Below, piece by piece: positions 9,617-19,090 of a DNA stretch of 64,000 bases (position 1 is the first letter of the stretch; each line of letters starts with the position of its first letter). This DNA is from Candidatus Rifleibacteriota bacterium. GTDB taxonomy: Bacteria; Vulcanimicrobiota; Xenobia; Xenobiales; Xenobiaceae. The stretch lies in contig CAAGRW010000134.1 in assembly GCA_900772775.1 (NCBI GenBank), forward strand, positions 6,866 through 70,865, given 5' to 3'. The notes beneath the pieces are model-generated. The model was given only the letters and a program-made list of their open reading frames with translations, had not been told where the DNA came from and searched no databases. Both the position numbers and the translations under genes were made by a program.

Positions 9617-10462
9617 ATGAATTATAAAGGTACTGTTTGTGCTTTAGCTTTAGTGGCTCTTTTTAGCGTCGGTTGTACAGCTAAAAATGGTAATCAAACT
9701 GCCCCGCAAGCTCAGCCTGTTGCCGCTCCATCTAGTGCGACTGCCGAAACTACAAGCGCTCAGTCTACTGCGGAAATTGCGCAAAATACCGCAACTGCTC
9801 AAGTTGGCGCAGCCGAAGTCAACCCTAATTTTAAGGGCGTCGGTTCTTATGCTAGAGAAAATAGCAGTCAATACAACAACGGCAATTTAGTTATTACAGA
9901 CTTTAAGGAAGGCTTAAAGATCTTCGAATTTAACATCCTTAGCGGCAATGAAGCTACCGATTCAGCTACTACTTATCGTCTGGCCGGCATCTTTAATGTA
10001 GATGCTGGTAAAACTGGCGTAGGCGAATTTGACAGCATTGTGGCTGGTTATGATGGCAAAATAAAATTTAAGCTCAGCGACGACGGCAAAATGATTAACG
10101 TCACTGCCGAAGGAGAAAAAAATCAGGTTTACGTGGGCAGCTACAGCTATACTCACTCTGATTTTGATATTAGCTTAGGCTTAGTAAAAGCAGTACTGGA
10201 AGAATTGCCAGGCGCAGTTACTGGTTTAACCAAAGAAGCTGGCAAATATACTATAAAATTGCTCGATAATGGCGAGCCTTTAGCTGGCGAATATTATGAA
10301 GCTGAAGCTGTCAACAAGCAAGGCCAAGTGATCGGCGCTTACGTTATTTCCAAAGATTTGCAATTGGTTTTGCGTACTGATATTGGTGCTTTAACAGCTA
10401 TTCACGGCCAGCTTACTCCCGAAGTTGAAGCTAAAATTGCTGAAGCTTTGCCTAAAGGCTAA
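9617..10462 (+). CDS. Lipoprotein, hypothetical
   Basis: RBS AAGGAG 8 nt upstream of the ATG at 9617. The ORF-track start at 9593 is an upstream extension. Lipobox-like ALFSVGC, then an Ala/Thr/Gln-rich linker. Confidence 0.65.
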   Translation: MNYKGTVCALALVALFSVGCTAKNGNQTAPQAQPVAAPSSATAETTSAQSTAEIAQNTATAQVGAAEVNPNFKGVGSYARENSSQYNNGNLVITDFKEGLKIFEFNILSGNEATDSATTYRLAGIFNVDAGKTGVGEFDSIVAGYDGKIKFKLSDDGKMINVTAEGEKNQVYVGSYSYTHSDFDISLGLVKAVLEELPGAVTGLTKEAGKYTIKLLDNGEPLAGEYYEAEAVNKQGQVIGAYVISKDLQLVLRTDIGALTAIHGQLTPEVEAKIAEALPKG

Positions 10463-10489
10463 ATTTTAGCTTCGCACTACTACAAAGGC

Positions 10490-10526
10490 TCCGCCGCACT
10501 TCAATTAAGTCGGCGGATTTTTTTTT
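10490..10526 (+). terminator. Rho-independent terminator
   Basis: TCCGCCG...CGGCGGA stem followed by a run of 9 T. Confidence 0.65.
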
Positions 10527-10539
10527 ATTGTAAAATGTG

Positions 10540-10569
10540 TTGACACCATATATGGTTCCATTGTATCGT
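10540..10569 (+). promoter_or_regulatory. Candidate hicAB promoter (TTGACA-N18-TATCGT) with an embedded 12-bp perfect palindrome ACCATATATGGT (10545..10556), a likely operator
   Basis: Consensus -35 TTGACA at 10540..10545. The palindrome lies between the -35 and -10 elements. TA operons are typically autorepressed at such sites. Confidence 0.45.
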
Positions 10570-10587
10570 GGCAGTGGGGGTGATTAC

Positions 10588-10833
10588 ATGTCAAAATGGG
10601 AAAAACTGTTAGCCCGCATTTGTTCTTTATCGAGAGGGCTTAGATTTGAAGAAATTCGTAAAGTGTTGGAAAGTTACGGATATACAATAAGTGGACGAAC
10701 TATTGGAAGTAGTCATTATACATTTCGTAAACCTGGGAAACAGCCTATCACGATACCTAGACATGAACCCATAAAAAGGGTTTATGTAGAAATTGTTAAG
10801 CAAGTTGTAGAAAGTGAGGTAAGCGATGATTAG
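10588..10833 (+). CDS. hicA: HicA-family mRNA interferase toxin
   Basis: 81 aa. The ...GYTISGRTIGSSHYTFRKPGKQPITIPRHEPIKRVYVEIVKQV... region matches the YcfA/HicA fold motif (GSHxxF...IPxH...lkkilkqag). GGGGG RBS 7 nt upstream of the ATG at 10588. The ORF-track TTG at 10537 is an extension. Confidence 0.8.
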   Translation: MSKWEKLLARICSLSRGLRFEEIRKVLESYGYTISGRTIGSSHYTFRKPGKQPITIPRHEPIKRVYVEIVKQVVESEVSDD

Positions 10834-11203
10834 TCAATTGAATGAGTATTTAGCTAAGCCTTACAAAATGGAAATAGTAGAAGATCCCTATGAGGGTGGC
10901 TTCGTAGTCTCTTTTCCTGAATTGCCAGGGTGTTTGACTTGCGGAGAAACGATAGAACAAGCTTTAGCTAATGCTGCTGATGCTAAAAAAGTGTGGCTTG
11001 AGGCGGCTTTAGAAGAGGGAATAAAAATAAACGAACCTGACAGCTTAAAGAGTTATTCCGGGCAGTTTAAATTGCGCATTCCCCGTAGTTTACACAAACT
11101 TTTGAGTGAGCATTCACGTGAGGAAGGAATAAGCTTAAATCAATATTGTGTTTACTTGCTCTCTAAGGCATTAGGTGAAACGGCGTCTGCAGCAGCGCTG
11201 TAA
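10826..11203 (+). CDS. hicB: HicB-family antitoxin (RNase-H-like N-domain plus C-terminal RHH/DNA-binding tail)
   Basis: 125 aa. ...EGGFVVSFPELPGCLTCGETIEQALANAADA... (HicB/UPF0150 core) and a C-terminal SGQFKLRIPRSLHKLLSEHSREEGISLNQYCVYLLSKAL. It overlaps hicA by 8 nt. RBS GAGG. Confidence 0.8.
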   Translation: MISQLNEYLAKPYKMEIVEDPYEGGFVVSFPELPGCLTCGETIEQALANAADAKKVWLEAALEEGIKINEPDSLKSYSGQFKLRIPRSLHKLLSEHSREEGISLNQYCVYLLSKALGETASAAAL

Positions 11204-11281
11204 AGTAATATTAACAGTGAATTTTCATCGTTTTTTTTAGCTTTGATAGCTTTTTTTTGCTAATCTTAAGCATTGCTTTCA

Positions 11282-11560
11282 ATGTCCGAATTAGTGTCCG
11301 AATCTATGTCCGAATTGGAAGAGCAGCGCTGGAAGATTGTGGCAGCGTATTTAGCCGAGCACGAGACTGTAAATAGCGCAGTAGCTGCTGAGCTTTTAGG
11401 CGTACATACAAAAACTGCTGCCAGGCTTTTGCTTAAAGCGGAAAATATTGGCTTGCTGCTCAGCTACGGCAAAACGCGGAATAAAATTTATAAAATAACT
11501 AAAAAGAGCCCCCGCTCGGTTGAGAGTGGGGGCTCCCTTTATTCAGCTAAGCTGTTCTAA
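11282..11560 (+). CDS. Small putative HTH-containing protein (doubtful ORF)
   Basis: 92 aa. AAELLGVHTKTAARLL is helix-turn-helix-like. There is no clear RBS. The 5' end carries three 12-nt direct repeats, and the 3' end runs through the terminator hairpin of the convergent porin gene. Confidence 0.3.
   Translation: MSELVSESMSELEEQRWKIVAAYLAEHETVNSAVAAELLGVHTKTAARLLLKAENIGLLLSYGKTRNKIYKITKKSPRSVESGGSLYSAKLF
11491..11535 (-). terminator. Rho-independent terminator of the porin gene (minus strand)
   Basis: GAGCCCCC...GGGGGCTC stem. On the minus strand it is followed by TTTTTAGTTATTTTA, about 37 nt after the porin stop codon. Confidence 0.65.
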
Positions 11561-11571
11561 CTAAGTGAAGA

Positions 11572-14034
11572 TTAGAACTTAACTTTGAACTGAGTGGTGA
11601 CCTGCCAGCCGTACCAGCTGAAAGGATGGTTGGTGTAACCAGGCTGAGTGTTATCAGCGCTCTGACCCAAACCGCTGAGGTCGGCGAAGGTAGCGGCATC
11701 AACCTTATCCTTGGTGTCGTAGTAACGGAAGTCCATGTTCCACTGAGTGTTGGCGCTCAAGTCGCAGTCGAAACCGATGAAAGGAATGGTCTGCTGAACG
11801 TCAATGTTCTTGAAGTCAATGGCGTTGACGGAAGCGGCGAACTGGTTGTAAGCACCGGAAGGATCCCAGTGACCATTGATGTTAACCATGTCGCAACCGG
11901 CGCGCAAGGTCCACTGATCGTTGGCTTCCCAGCCTAAACCGATGTGGAAGTTGTCGTTGTTTAGCTTGACGTAGTTCTGGCTACCACCATCGAGAGCGGC
12001 GAGGTCGCTATCACGTTTGAACTCATTGCGGTTGTAACCGAGGTCGAGTTTCAAACGAGGGTTGTCCCACTTGTAGCTGGCGCCGATACCGTACTGGGTC
12101 TGCTTACCTTTGTGATCTTCCATAGAGTTAAGATCGTCATTGAAAGAAAGGGCAGAGTAACCGTAGAAGACGGGATCCATGAAGCCAGGAGCAAAGCCGA
12201 GAACGGTGTTGCCAGCGGCATCTTTAGTGCGTACGTCGTACAAGCTGGACTCTTTCTGGTTCAAGAAAGCGGCCTTAGCCCATACTAAACCGTGACGATC
12301 ATCGAAGCGCCACTGACCGTTGAAGCGGATACCTTCGCGGTTGTGAGGATACACTTCAGTGTCGTGCAAGGACCACATATTGTCATAGTAGTTGGTGTTG
12401 AACACATTGAACACGCTATAACGATCAGTAGTACCGTTCAGATAGTAGGGGTTCATGTTTACGAAAGGATCGTAGTTAGGATCTACGGATACGTAAGCCA
12501 AGCTGAGGTCGAGGTCGCCCTCTAACAAGTTGGCACCAACTTCTACGCGGAAAGCGTTACCATCAGAGGTATAGTCGGAGTTCTTGTTAGCTTTGTATTC
12601 GGTGCGGGCATATTCACCGGCGGCGTAAATTTCGTTACCGGACTCGCCGATATCCCACTTGTAGTTGGCGCTGATGCCATAACCGAACATGCTCTGAGGA
12701 CCGAAAGCACCGATATCGGTTAAGGGGCGCTTATCAAATCCAGGAGTGTCGTAACCGGGAACGGTAGCCATGCTAGCGGCGGAATACTCAGAGGGGTTGA
12801 CCCACTGCATATCACCAGCAGCACCGGCGATCAAACCGGTAGCCAAGGTGTTACCGTTAGCGGCTTCGTTAGCAGCGCGCATGAAGTTGACTTTTACCTG
12901 GCCGCCGCCGAACTCGAAGGCGATGTCGCCACCGATGATGTCGGTATCGTAGCTGTAAAGAGCATCAGTTTCATTGTCCTGAATGCCACCGAAGGTAGAA
13001 ATACGAGAACCTAAAACTTCCCAACGAAGTACGCCAGCTTCGAAAGCGTGGCTGCCGCTCAGGTTGAAACCGAAGCGATCTAAGTAGTCGGGGCCGAAGG
13101 CGGAGAGGTTCTTCTGGCCGGCGAAGAGGATGTTGTCCATGTTGTCTTCGCTGTAAGCACCCAAGGTGAGCTTAATGCCGGAAGGATTGTGAATTACCCA
13201 GAAGTTGTCCAACACCATGCGGGTGTAGGGGGCGTTGTTCAAGCTGTTAACGGAAGTGGAGCCGCCAAACTGGTTGCAGAGGTAAGGAGCGGAGACACCC
13301 CAGAGGGAGTCAACCATGCTGTTACCAGCGGAAGTGTAAGCAGCGAACTCAGCGCCGGCGTCGATATCGTCGGAAACGCGGATGCGCATACCGAGGATAC
13401 CCTTCATGGTGAAGCCGGTACCATTGGTGAGGCCTACGCCGTTGCGATAGTCAGCAACGGGAAGTACGCCACCAAACTGAGGACGATAAGCTAATCCATC
13501 AACAGTGCCAACAGCAGAGTTGTAGTCATAAGCGCCGTTGAGGAGAGTATTGTTGTTGTTTGTCTGCATACCGTCAGCATCGTTGTGGAAGGACTGAGCG
13601 GTAACGCGGGCTTCCAAGGAGCCGTAGAAGGTGATTCTCTCGAGCTCGGAGACGCGGAGGTCGAGTTTGTCAACCTTGTCTTCCAAGGTGCCAACGCGGG
13701 CGCCGAGGGCGTCTAATTCGCTACGGAGAGCGTCCACCAATTTCTGGAGCTCAGCGAGCTCGGCCTTGGTGGCGAAAGTGGCGTGCTCCTGCTCCATCTG
13801 ACCGAGCAAGCGAGCAACCATCATAGCAACTTCCCAACGAGTGGCGTTTCTGTCACCCTTGAAAGTGCCATCGGGATAACCTTCGACAATACCTTTAGCA
13901 GCCAAGGTGGCTACGGCATCACGAGCCCAATGATTCTCGGGAACATCCGGGAATAAAGGAGCAGCGAATGCAGGGGCGGCTAGACCGAGTGTAAATACTG
14001 CGGCAGCAACCGTAGTTTTCATGCGTAAATTCAT
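11572..14034 (-). CDS. SLH-domain outer-membrane porin (SLH, coiled-coil, then C-terminal beta-barrel)
   Basis: Signal peptide MNLRMKTTVAAAVFTLGLAAPAFA. SLH motif FPDVPENHWARDAVATLAAKGIVEGYPDGTFKGDRNATRWEVAMMVARLL. Coiled coil AELQKLVDALRSELDALGARVGTLEDKVDKLDLRVSELE. The long remainder is rich in alternating amphipathic strands and ends ...QFKVKF (C-terminal Phe typical of OM barrels). RBS AAGGAG. Confidence 0.8.
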   Translation of the reverse strand: MNLRMKTTVAAAVFTLGLAAPAFAAPLFPDVPENHWARDAVATLAAKGIVEGYPDGTFKGDRNATRWEVAMMVARLLGQMEQEHATFATKAELAELQKLVDALRSELDALGARVGTLEDKVDKLDLRVSELERITFYGSLEARVTAQSFHNDADGMQTNNNNTLLNGAYDYNSAVGTVDGLAYRPQFGGVLPVADYRNGVGLTNGTGFTMKGILGMRIRVSDDIDAGAEFAAYTSAGNSMVDSLWGVSAPYLCNQFGGSTSVNSLNNAPYTRMVLDNFWVIHNPSGIKLTLGAYSEDNMDNILFAGQKNLSAFGPDYLDRFGFNLSGSHAFEAGVLRWEVLGSRISTFGGIQDNETDALYSYDTDIIGGDIAFEFGGGQVKVNFMRAANEAANGNTLATGLIAGAAGDMQWVNPSEYSAASMATVPGYDTPGFDKRPLTDIGAFGPQSMFGYGISANYKWDIGESGNEIYAAGEYARTEYKANKNSDYTSDGNAFRVEVGANLLEGDLDLSLAYVSVDPNYDPFVNMNPYYLNGTTDRYSVFNVFNTNYYDNMWSLHDTEVYPHNREGIRFNGQWRFDDRHGLVWAKAAFLNQKESSLYDVRTKDAAGNTVLGFAPGFMDPVFYGYSALSFNDDLNSMEDHKGKQTQYGIGASYKWDNPRLKLDLGYNRNEFKRDSDLAALDGGSQNYVKLNNDNFHIGLGWEANDQWTLRAGCDMVNINGHWDPSGAYNQFAASVNAIDFKNIDVQQTIPFIGFDCDLSANTQWNMDFRYYDTKDKVDAATFADLSGLGQSADNTQPGYTNHPFSWYGWQVTTQFKVKF

Positions 14035-14370
14035 TGCATGATCTCCTTATATTTTTTATATATATTAGTGATGGTAAAAACTCCGGAGTTATAATACTTT
14101 TTTCCCTGCCAGCCCGCGGCTCTAAAATGAGCTGTTCAAAGTTTCCTCAAGCTAGTTGACCGCTAACTCTCAGAGAGCGCGTACCGTTACCGGAGCGGTG
14201 TCAGCTTCGGCAAAAGATCTTTTCTCCTGCCGAAGGTCATAAAAAGCGGATAAAAATCCGTGAAGACTTGTGTTCTTTACTTATTAACGCAGCGGATCTT
14301 CTTCTCTAGTTTTTGTTCCCCTTCAAAAAGGAAAATATTTTCTTAAAAAAGATCCGTCACTTTTTTTAGC

Positions 14371-15240
14371 TTAGCATGCCAAAATGGCATCATTGGCTTG
14401 TAAAGTGCGCTTAGCCTTCCATTCTTTGGAAACCTTTGTTTTCAATTCGAAAGTCTCCAAATCGTCAGGCACAAAAAGGTGGCCGCTAAAATACGGCTTA
14501 CCTTCTTCAGTATATAAGCTCTTTCTTTGCTTTATGTTTCTATCTTCAGTGTGATAAATTATTAAATTTTTTACCTGAAGACTTTGAGCCAATTGGCAAG
14601 CCTCTTTTACTGTAGAATGATGTTTTTGATGAGGCTTAAAAATATCGGCTTGGCTATCTAAGCAAAAAGCTTCATGCAAGAGCCATTGGCTGCCTTGAGC
14701 GTACTTTCTGGTGCTTTCATTAAAAGGCTCGTCGCCGCAGCAAGTCAATTTTTCGCCATTGCCTAAATCCATAGAAAAGCCAAATTGTTTGGCTTTAGTA
14801 GACAAAATATCAAAAAATACTGTTTTGCAGCCTAAAATATTGATTTCTTGACCGTCTTTTACTTCCACTAAGTGCAAGCGCTCGTCTATATATTTTGTCT
14901 CTTTGGGTGTAAAAAGCTGCTCAGCCAAAAGGCGCAGACATTTTATAACTTCGTCGTGGCCGTAAATAGTGGCTTCGCCTTCATACTGGCCGCGAGCCAT
15001 ACCTTGGCAAATAAAGCGAATCATCCAGACAATACCTAAAATATGATCCACATGTTTGTGGGTCACAAAAATAGTGCGCAAATCTTGCCATTTTAAATTG
15101 GCTTGCTTCAATTGGCGGAAAAGCCCATTGCCTCCGCCGCCGTCTACCAAAAAGTTGCCTTGTTCGTTGCTAAGCACAAAGCAAGTATTATAACATTCTG
15201 TTACGCCGGCATTGCCGGTACCGAGAATAGTTAATTTCAT
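14371..15240 (-). CDS. MBL-fold metallo-hydrolase (RNase Z / beta-lactamase-like)
   Basis: THKHVDHILG (HxHxDH). The true start is probably the ATG at 15240 (MKLTILGTGNAGV...). The ORF-track extension to 15339 would overlap prfB. Confidence 0.75.
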   Translation of the reverse strand: MKLTILGTGNAGVTECYNTCFVLSNEQGNFLVDGGGGNGLFRQLKQANLKWQDLRTIFVTHKHVDHILGIVWMIRFICQGMARGQYEGEATIYGHDEVIKCLRLLAEQLFTPKETKYIDERLHLVEVKDGQEINILGCKTVFFDILSTKAKQFGFSMDLGNGEKLTCCGDEPFNESTRKYAQGSQWLLHEAFCLDSQADIFKPHQKHHSTVKEACQLAQSLQVKNLIIYHTEDRNIKQRKSLYTEEGKPYFSGHLFVPDDLETFELKTKVSKEWKAKRTLQANDAILAC

Positions 15241-15265
15241 AATCTTTTTCCTAAAAAACTGTAGC

Positions 15266-16394
15266 TTAGACGACGTCGCTAGTTTGCGGCTCGCGGCCCA
15301 AGCGGGCTCGAGCTTGCAACCAACTGCGCATAAAGCCATTGATGTCGCCTTCCAGCACTGCGCCTACGTTGGCATTTTCAAAGCCGGTACGTCTATCTTT
15401 AACCATAGTGTAGGGTTGCATAACGTAGTTGCGGATTTGGTTGGCCCAGGCCGCCTCGCGATTTTCGCCCTTTACATTATCTAAAGTGTCTTGGCGTTGC
15501 TCGCGTTTAAGCTCTAAAAGTTTGGCTTTAAGCATGCGCATAGCCGTCTCTTTATTGGAATGTTGGGAGCGCTCGTTCTGGCAAGCGGCCACTGTGCCGG
15601 TAGGAATGTGAGTAATGCGTACCGCCGATTCGGTCTTGTTGACATGCTGCCCGCCTGCGCCTTGGGAGCGATAGGTATCTATTTTTAAATCTTCGGGGCG
15701 CAGCTCAATATTGAGCTCTTCAGCTAGCTCCGGCACTACTTCTACTTTAGCAAAAGAAGTGTGGCGGCGGTGAGCAGCGTCGTAAGGAGAAATGCGCACT
15801 AAACGGTGCACGCCGTGCTCGGAACTGAGCATGCCGAAGGGATAGAAGCCTTCTATAATGAGGCTGGCCGAATGGATGCCGTCTTCTTCGGCAGGCGAAT
15901 ACTCTACTAAACTTACTTTGTAGCCTTCACTTTCGGCCCAGCGCATATACATGCGCAAGAGCATTTCTGTCCAGTCTTGGGCGTCTACTCCGCCGGCTCC
16001 GGCATGAAGAGTAACAATAGCGGCCGCTTTATCGTAAGGGCCGTTCAGTAAAGAAATAGTTTCGGCTCGCTCTAAACGGTGAGTAAGCTCGTCATAATAG
16101 CGCTGGGCTTCGTCTATTTCTTCTTGATTGTCGGGCGTGCCCAACTCGGCGGCCACTTCGGCTTCTTCTAGCGCAGAATTGAGTTCGTGCCACTGTTGAG
16201 CTATCGTTTTGTATTGAGCCAGCTCTTGGGTGAGGCGTTGGACGGCCTCGTTATCTTCCCACACTTGGCCAGAGCCAAATTGGGCTTCTATTTCCTGAAT
16301 TTTGCGTTCGATTGTTTCCAGGTCAAAGATAGTCGCGCATGCGTTCGACGCGGGCGCGGGCTTCGCTTAAAGGCTCGGCAAATTGGGAGAGCAT
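15266..16394 (-). CDS. prfB: Peptide chain release factor 2, expressed through a programmed +1 frameshift
   Basis: ORF0 (minus strand, from the ATG at 16394) reads MLSQFAEPLSEARARVERMRDYL and then TGA, within the canonical CTT TGA C shift site (plus coordinates 16322..16328). The +1 frame continues DLETIERKIQEIEAQFGSGQVWEDNE... into the 332-aa ORF. That ORF contains the SPYDAAHRRHTSFA (SPF-type motif variant) and GGQHVN (GGQ) motifs. Confidence 0.9.
16322..16328 (-). other. RF2 autoregulatory +1 frameshift site (CUU UGA C)
   Basis: Plus-strand GTCAAAG is the reverse complement of CTTTGAC. It sits 23 codons after the ORF0 start. Confidence 0.85.
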
Positions 16395-16439
16395 AACGAA
16401 GTGTTTTCCTTTCAAAGATATACTGTTGAGCAACAAAGC

Positions 16440-16477
16440 GGGCCCGCGCCTAAATAGAAAGTAAGGCGGACGGGCCC
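16440..16477 (-). promoter_or_regulatory. GC-rich stem-loop between secA and prfB (possible attenuator or partial terminator)
   Basis: GGGCCCG(UC)CGCC ... GGCG-CGGGCCC. On the minus strand it is followed by a moderately U-rich stretch. Confidence 0.3.
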
Positions 16478-16498
16478 GTGACTAAATAACACTAAAGA

Positions 16499-19090
16499 TT
16501 AGCGCTCTTCGGGATAGTGGCACTTCTTCCACTTTTTACCGCTGCCGCACCAACAAGGATCGTTGCGTCCCAATTTGGCTCCGGTGCGCTTAATGGGCTC
16601 GACGGGCATTTCGCTGTCGCGGTTGGTGGCCGTTTCGTGCATAGTCTCTTTTTGCTCAATCTGGTCGGGAGTTTGCACTTCCACACGGAAGAGATAATGC
16701 AAAGTATCGTCGCGTAAACGGCGTTTCAAGCCATCGAACTCTTCAGCAGCTTCGCGAATAAATTCAACTTGAGGATCTTTTTGACCATAACCGCGCAAAT
16801 GGATACCTTCGCGCAATAATTCGATATTGCTCAAGTGCTCAATCCACTTTTCGTCGGTGACGCGCAATAAAGTGAAACGCTCTAAGTCGGACATAAGCTG
16901 ATCGCCCAAAACTTCGATCTTTTTGTCGTAAACTTGGCGCAACCAACCGACGATAGTTTCTTTAATTTCGGCAGGCAATTTGCCACCTAAGTCGGCCTTG
17001 CTTACACCTTCGGGAAGCACTAATTGATCGTGCAAAGCTACCATCAAACCGTCGAAATCCCAAGTTTCCGGCGGAGCTTGCTCGTGCATATGCATATCGA
17101 CCAGATCGCTAACTGCGTCTTCAATGAAGCTGTAAATAGTCTCGCGCAAATCTTTGCCTTCCAAGATCTTGTCGCGGTCGGCATAGATAACGCGGCGCTG
17201 TTCGTTCATAGTATCGTCGTACTTGAGAACGTTTTTACGAATCTCGAAGTGATGGCTCTCTACCTTCATTTGGGCATTTTCGATACCGCGAGAGATCAGA
17301 GGATTCTCGATAACTTCATCTTCTAAGCCCAAAGTATCCATCAAGTTGCGGATTCTGTCGCTGGCGAAGAGGCGCATAAGCTCGTCGTCTAAAGCGACAT
17401 AGAAGCGGGAAGCACCAGGATCGCCCTGACGGCCGGCACGACCGCGCAACTGGTTGTCAATACGGCGAGATTCGTGGCGCTCGGTACCTAAAATATAGAG
17501 GCCGCCAGCTTCACGCACTTTCTTTTCTTCTTCGGGATCGGCAGGATCGCCGCCCAACTTAATGTCAACGCCTCGACCGGCCATATTGGTGGCGATAGTG
17601 ACAGCACCTAAACGTCCGGCTTGAGCGATAATGTGAGCTTCTTTTTCGTGATATTTGGCGTTAAGTACGTTGTGCTTAATGCCCATTTTGGTAAGAAGCT
17701 GGCTGAGCTCTTCCGATTTTTCGATAGAGCGAGTGCCTACCAAAATAGGTTGGCCCTTGGCATGGCGCTCGGCAATATCGGCACAGACGGCCTTAAATTT
17801 ATATTTTTCGTTTTTGTAAACTTGGTCGTGCAAGTCGATACGAGCCACTTTTACGTTGGTAGGAATGACCACTACGTCCAAATCGTAAATTTCGCGGAAT
17901 TCGCGCTCTTCGGTTAAAGCTGTACCGGTCATACCGGCCAACTTGTGGTAGAGCTTGAAGTAGTTCTGGAAAGTGATAGTAGCCAAAGTTTGGTCTTCTT
18001 GGCGGACTTTGACGTCTTCTTTGGCTTCGATAGCTTGGTGTAAGCCGTCGGAATAACGGCGACCGAACATTAAACGGCCGGTAAATTCGTCGACAATAAC
18101 GATTTCGCCATTTTTAACTACATACTCAATATCGTTGCGGTAGCATTCTTTGGCACGCAGAGCGTTATCTATAAAGTGGGCCGTCTCCATGTTGTCGGGA
18201 TCGAACAAGTTGCGCAAGCCTAAAAGTTGCTCAACTTTGGCCACGCCTTCTTCGGTTAAAGGAGCGGTTTTCGATTTCTCTTCCACTGTGTAGTGAACGT
18301 CTTTTTTGAGCTCGCGAGCTACTTGAGCGTAGCGGCCGTACATGTTGGTTGAGCCGGTACCGCGACCGGAAATAATTAACGGTGTGCGGGCTTCGTCAAT
18401 TAAAATGGAGTCGACTTCGTCTACAATAGCAAAGTTGAGCTCGCGTTGGACGCGCTGGTCTAAATCCATGACCATATTGTCGCGCAAATAATCGAAACCG
18501 TATTCATTATTAGTGCCGTAAGTAATATCGGCTTCGTAGGCTTGGCGGCGAGGTACGGGACGCAAGTGATTGTTGCTATCATCGCCAGTTTCAACTTCGG
18601 GATCGTATAAGTAGGCGGTATCGTGATTGATAATACCGACAGATAAGCCCAAGAAATGATAAATGGGAGCCATCCAGCGGCCGTCGCGTTTGGCCAAGTA
18701 GTCGTTTACAGTAACGACATGGACGCCGCGTCCAGTTAAAGCGTTGAGGTAAACTGGGCTGGTAGCTACCAAAGTTTTACCTTCACCGGTTTTCATCTCG
18801 GCAATACGTCCCTGATGGAGCACGACGCCGCCGATCATTTGTACATCGTAATGGCGCAAACCTAAAGTGCGTTTGGAAGCTTCGCGCACGGCGGCAAAAG
18901 CTTCTGGCAAAATATCGTCTAAAGTTTCTTTGCCTTGTAAACGCTGGCGGAAACTGTCTGTAAGAGCGCGCAGCTCTTCGTCAGAACGACTTTTCATGCT
19001 CTCTTCAAAGTCGTTGATCTTCTTGACGACCTTGCGGATTTTCCTAATTTCCCGCTCGTTGGGGTCGAAAAGCCATTCAATGAATCCCAT
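16499..19090 (-). CDS. secA: Preprotein translocase ATPase SecA
   Basis: 863 aa. Conserved ...MKTGEGKTLVATSPVYLNALTGRGVHVVTVNDYLAKRD... and ...LRGRAGRQGDPGASRFY..., plus a C-terminal zinc finger GRNDPCWCGSGKKWKKCH. Confidence 0.95.
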   Translation of the reverse strand: MGFIEWLFDPNEREIRKIRKVVKKINDFEESMKSRSDEELRALTDSFRQRLQGKETLDDILPEAFAAVREASKRTLGLRHYDVQMIGGVVLHQGRIAEMKTGEGKTLVATSPVYLNALTGRGVHVVTVNDYLAKRDGRWMAPIYHFLGLSVGIINHDTAYLYDPEVETGDDSNNHLRPVPRRQAYEADITYGTNNEYGFDYLRDNMVMDLDQRVQRELNFAIVDEVDSILIDEARTPLIISGRGTGSTNMYGRYAQVARELKKDVHYTVEEKSKTAPLTEEGVAKVEQLLGLRNLFDPDNMETAHFIDNALRAKECYRNDIEYVVKNGEIVIVDEFTGRLMFGRRYSDGLHQAIEAKEDVKVRQEDQTLATITFQNYFKLYHKLAGMTGTALTEEREFREIYDLDVVVIPTNVKVARIDLHDQVYKNEKYKFKAVCADIAERHAKGQPILVGTRSIEKSEELSQLLTKMGIKHNVLNAKYHEKEAHIIAQAGRLGAVTIATNMAGRGVDIKLGGDPADPEEEKKVREAGGLYILGTERHESRRIDNQLRGRAGRQGDPGASRFYVALDDELMRLFASDRIRNLMDTLGLEDEVIENPLISRGIENAQMKVESHHFEIRKNVLKYDDTMNEQRRVIYADRDKILEGKDLRETIYSFIEDAVSDLVDMHMHEQAPPETWDFDGLMVALHDQLVLPEGVSKADLGGKLPAEIKETIVGWLRQVYDKKIEVLGDQLMSDLERFTLLRVTDEKWIEHLSNIELLREGIHLRGYGQKDPQVEFIREAAEEFDGLKRRLRDDTLHYLFRVEVQTPDQIEQKETMHETATNRDSEMPVEPIKRTGAKLGRNDPCWCGSGKKWKKCHYPEER

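Noticed and set aside
16187-16396. 69-aa plus-strand ORF overlapping the prfB N-terminus and frameshift region
   Set aside because: It is antisense to a highly conserved gene. The region is fully accounted for by prfB ORF0 plus the +1 continuation.
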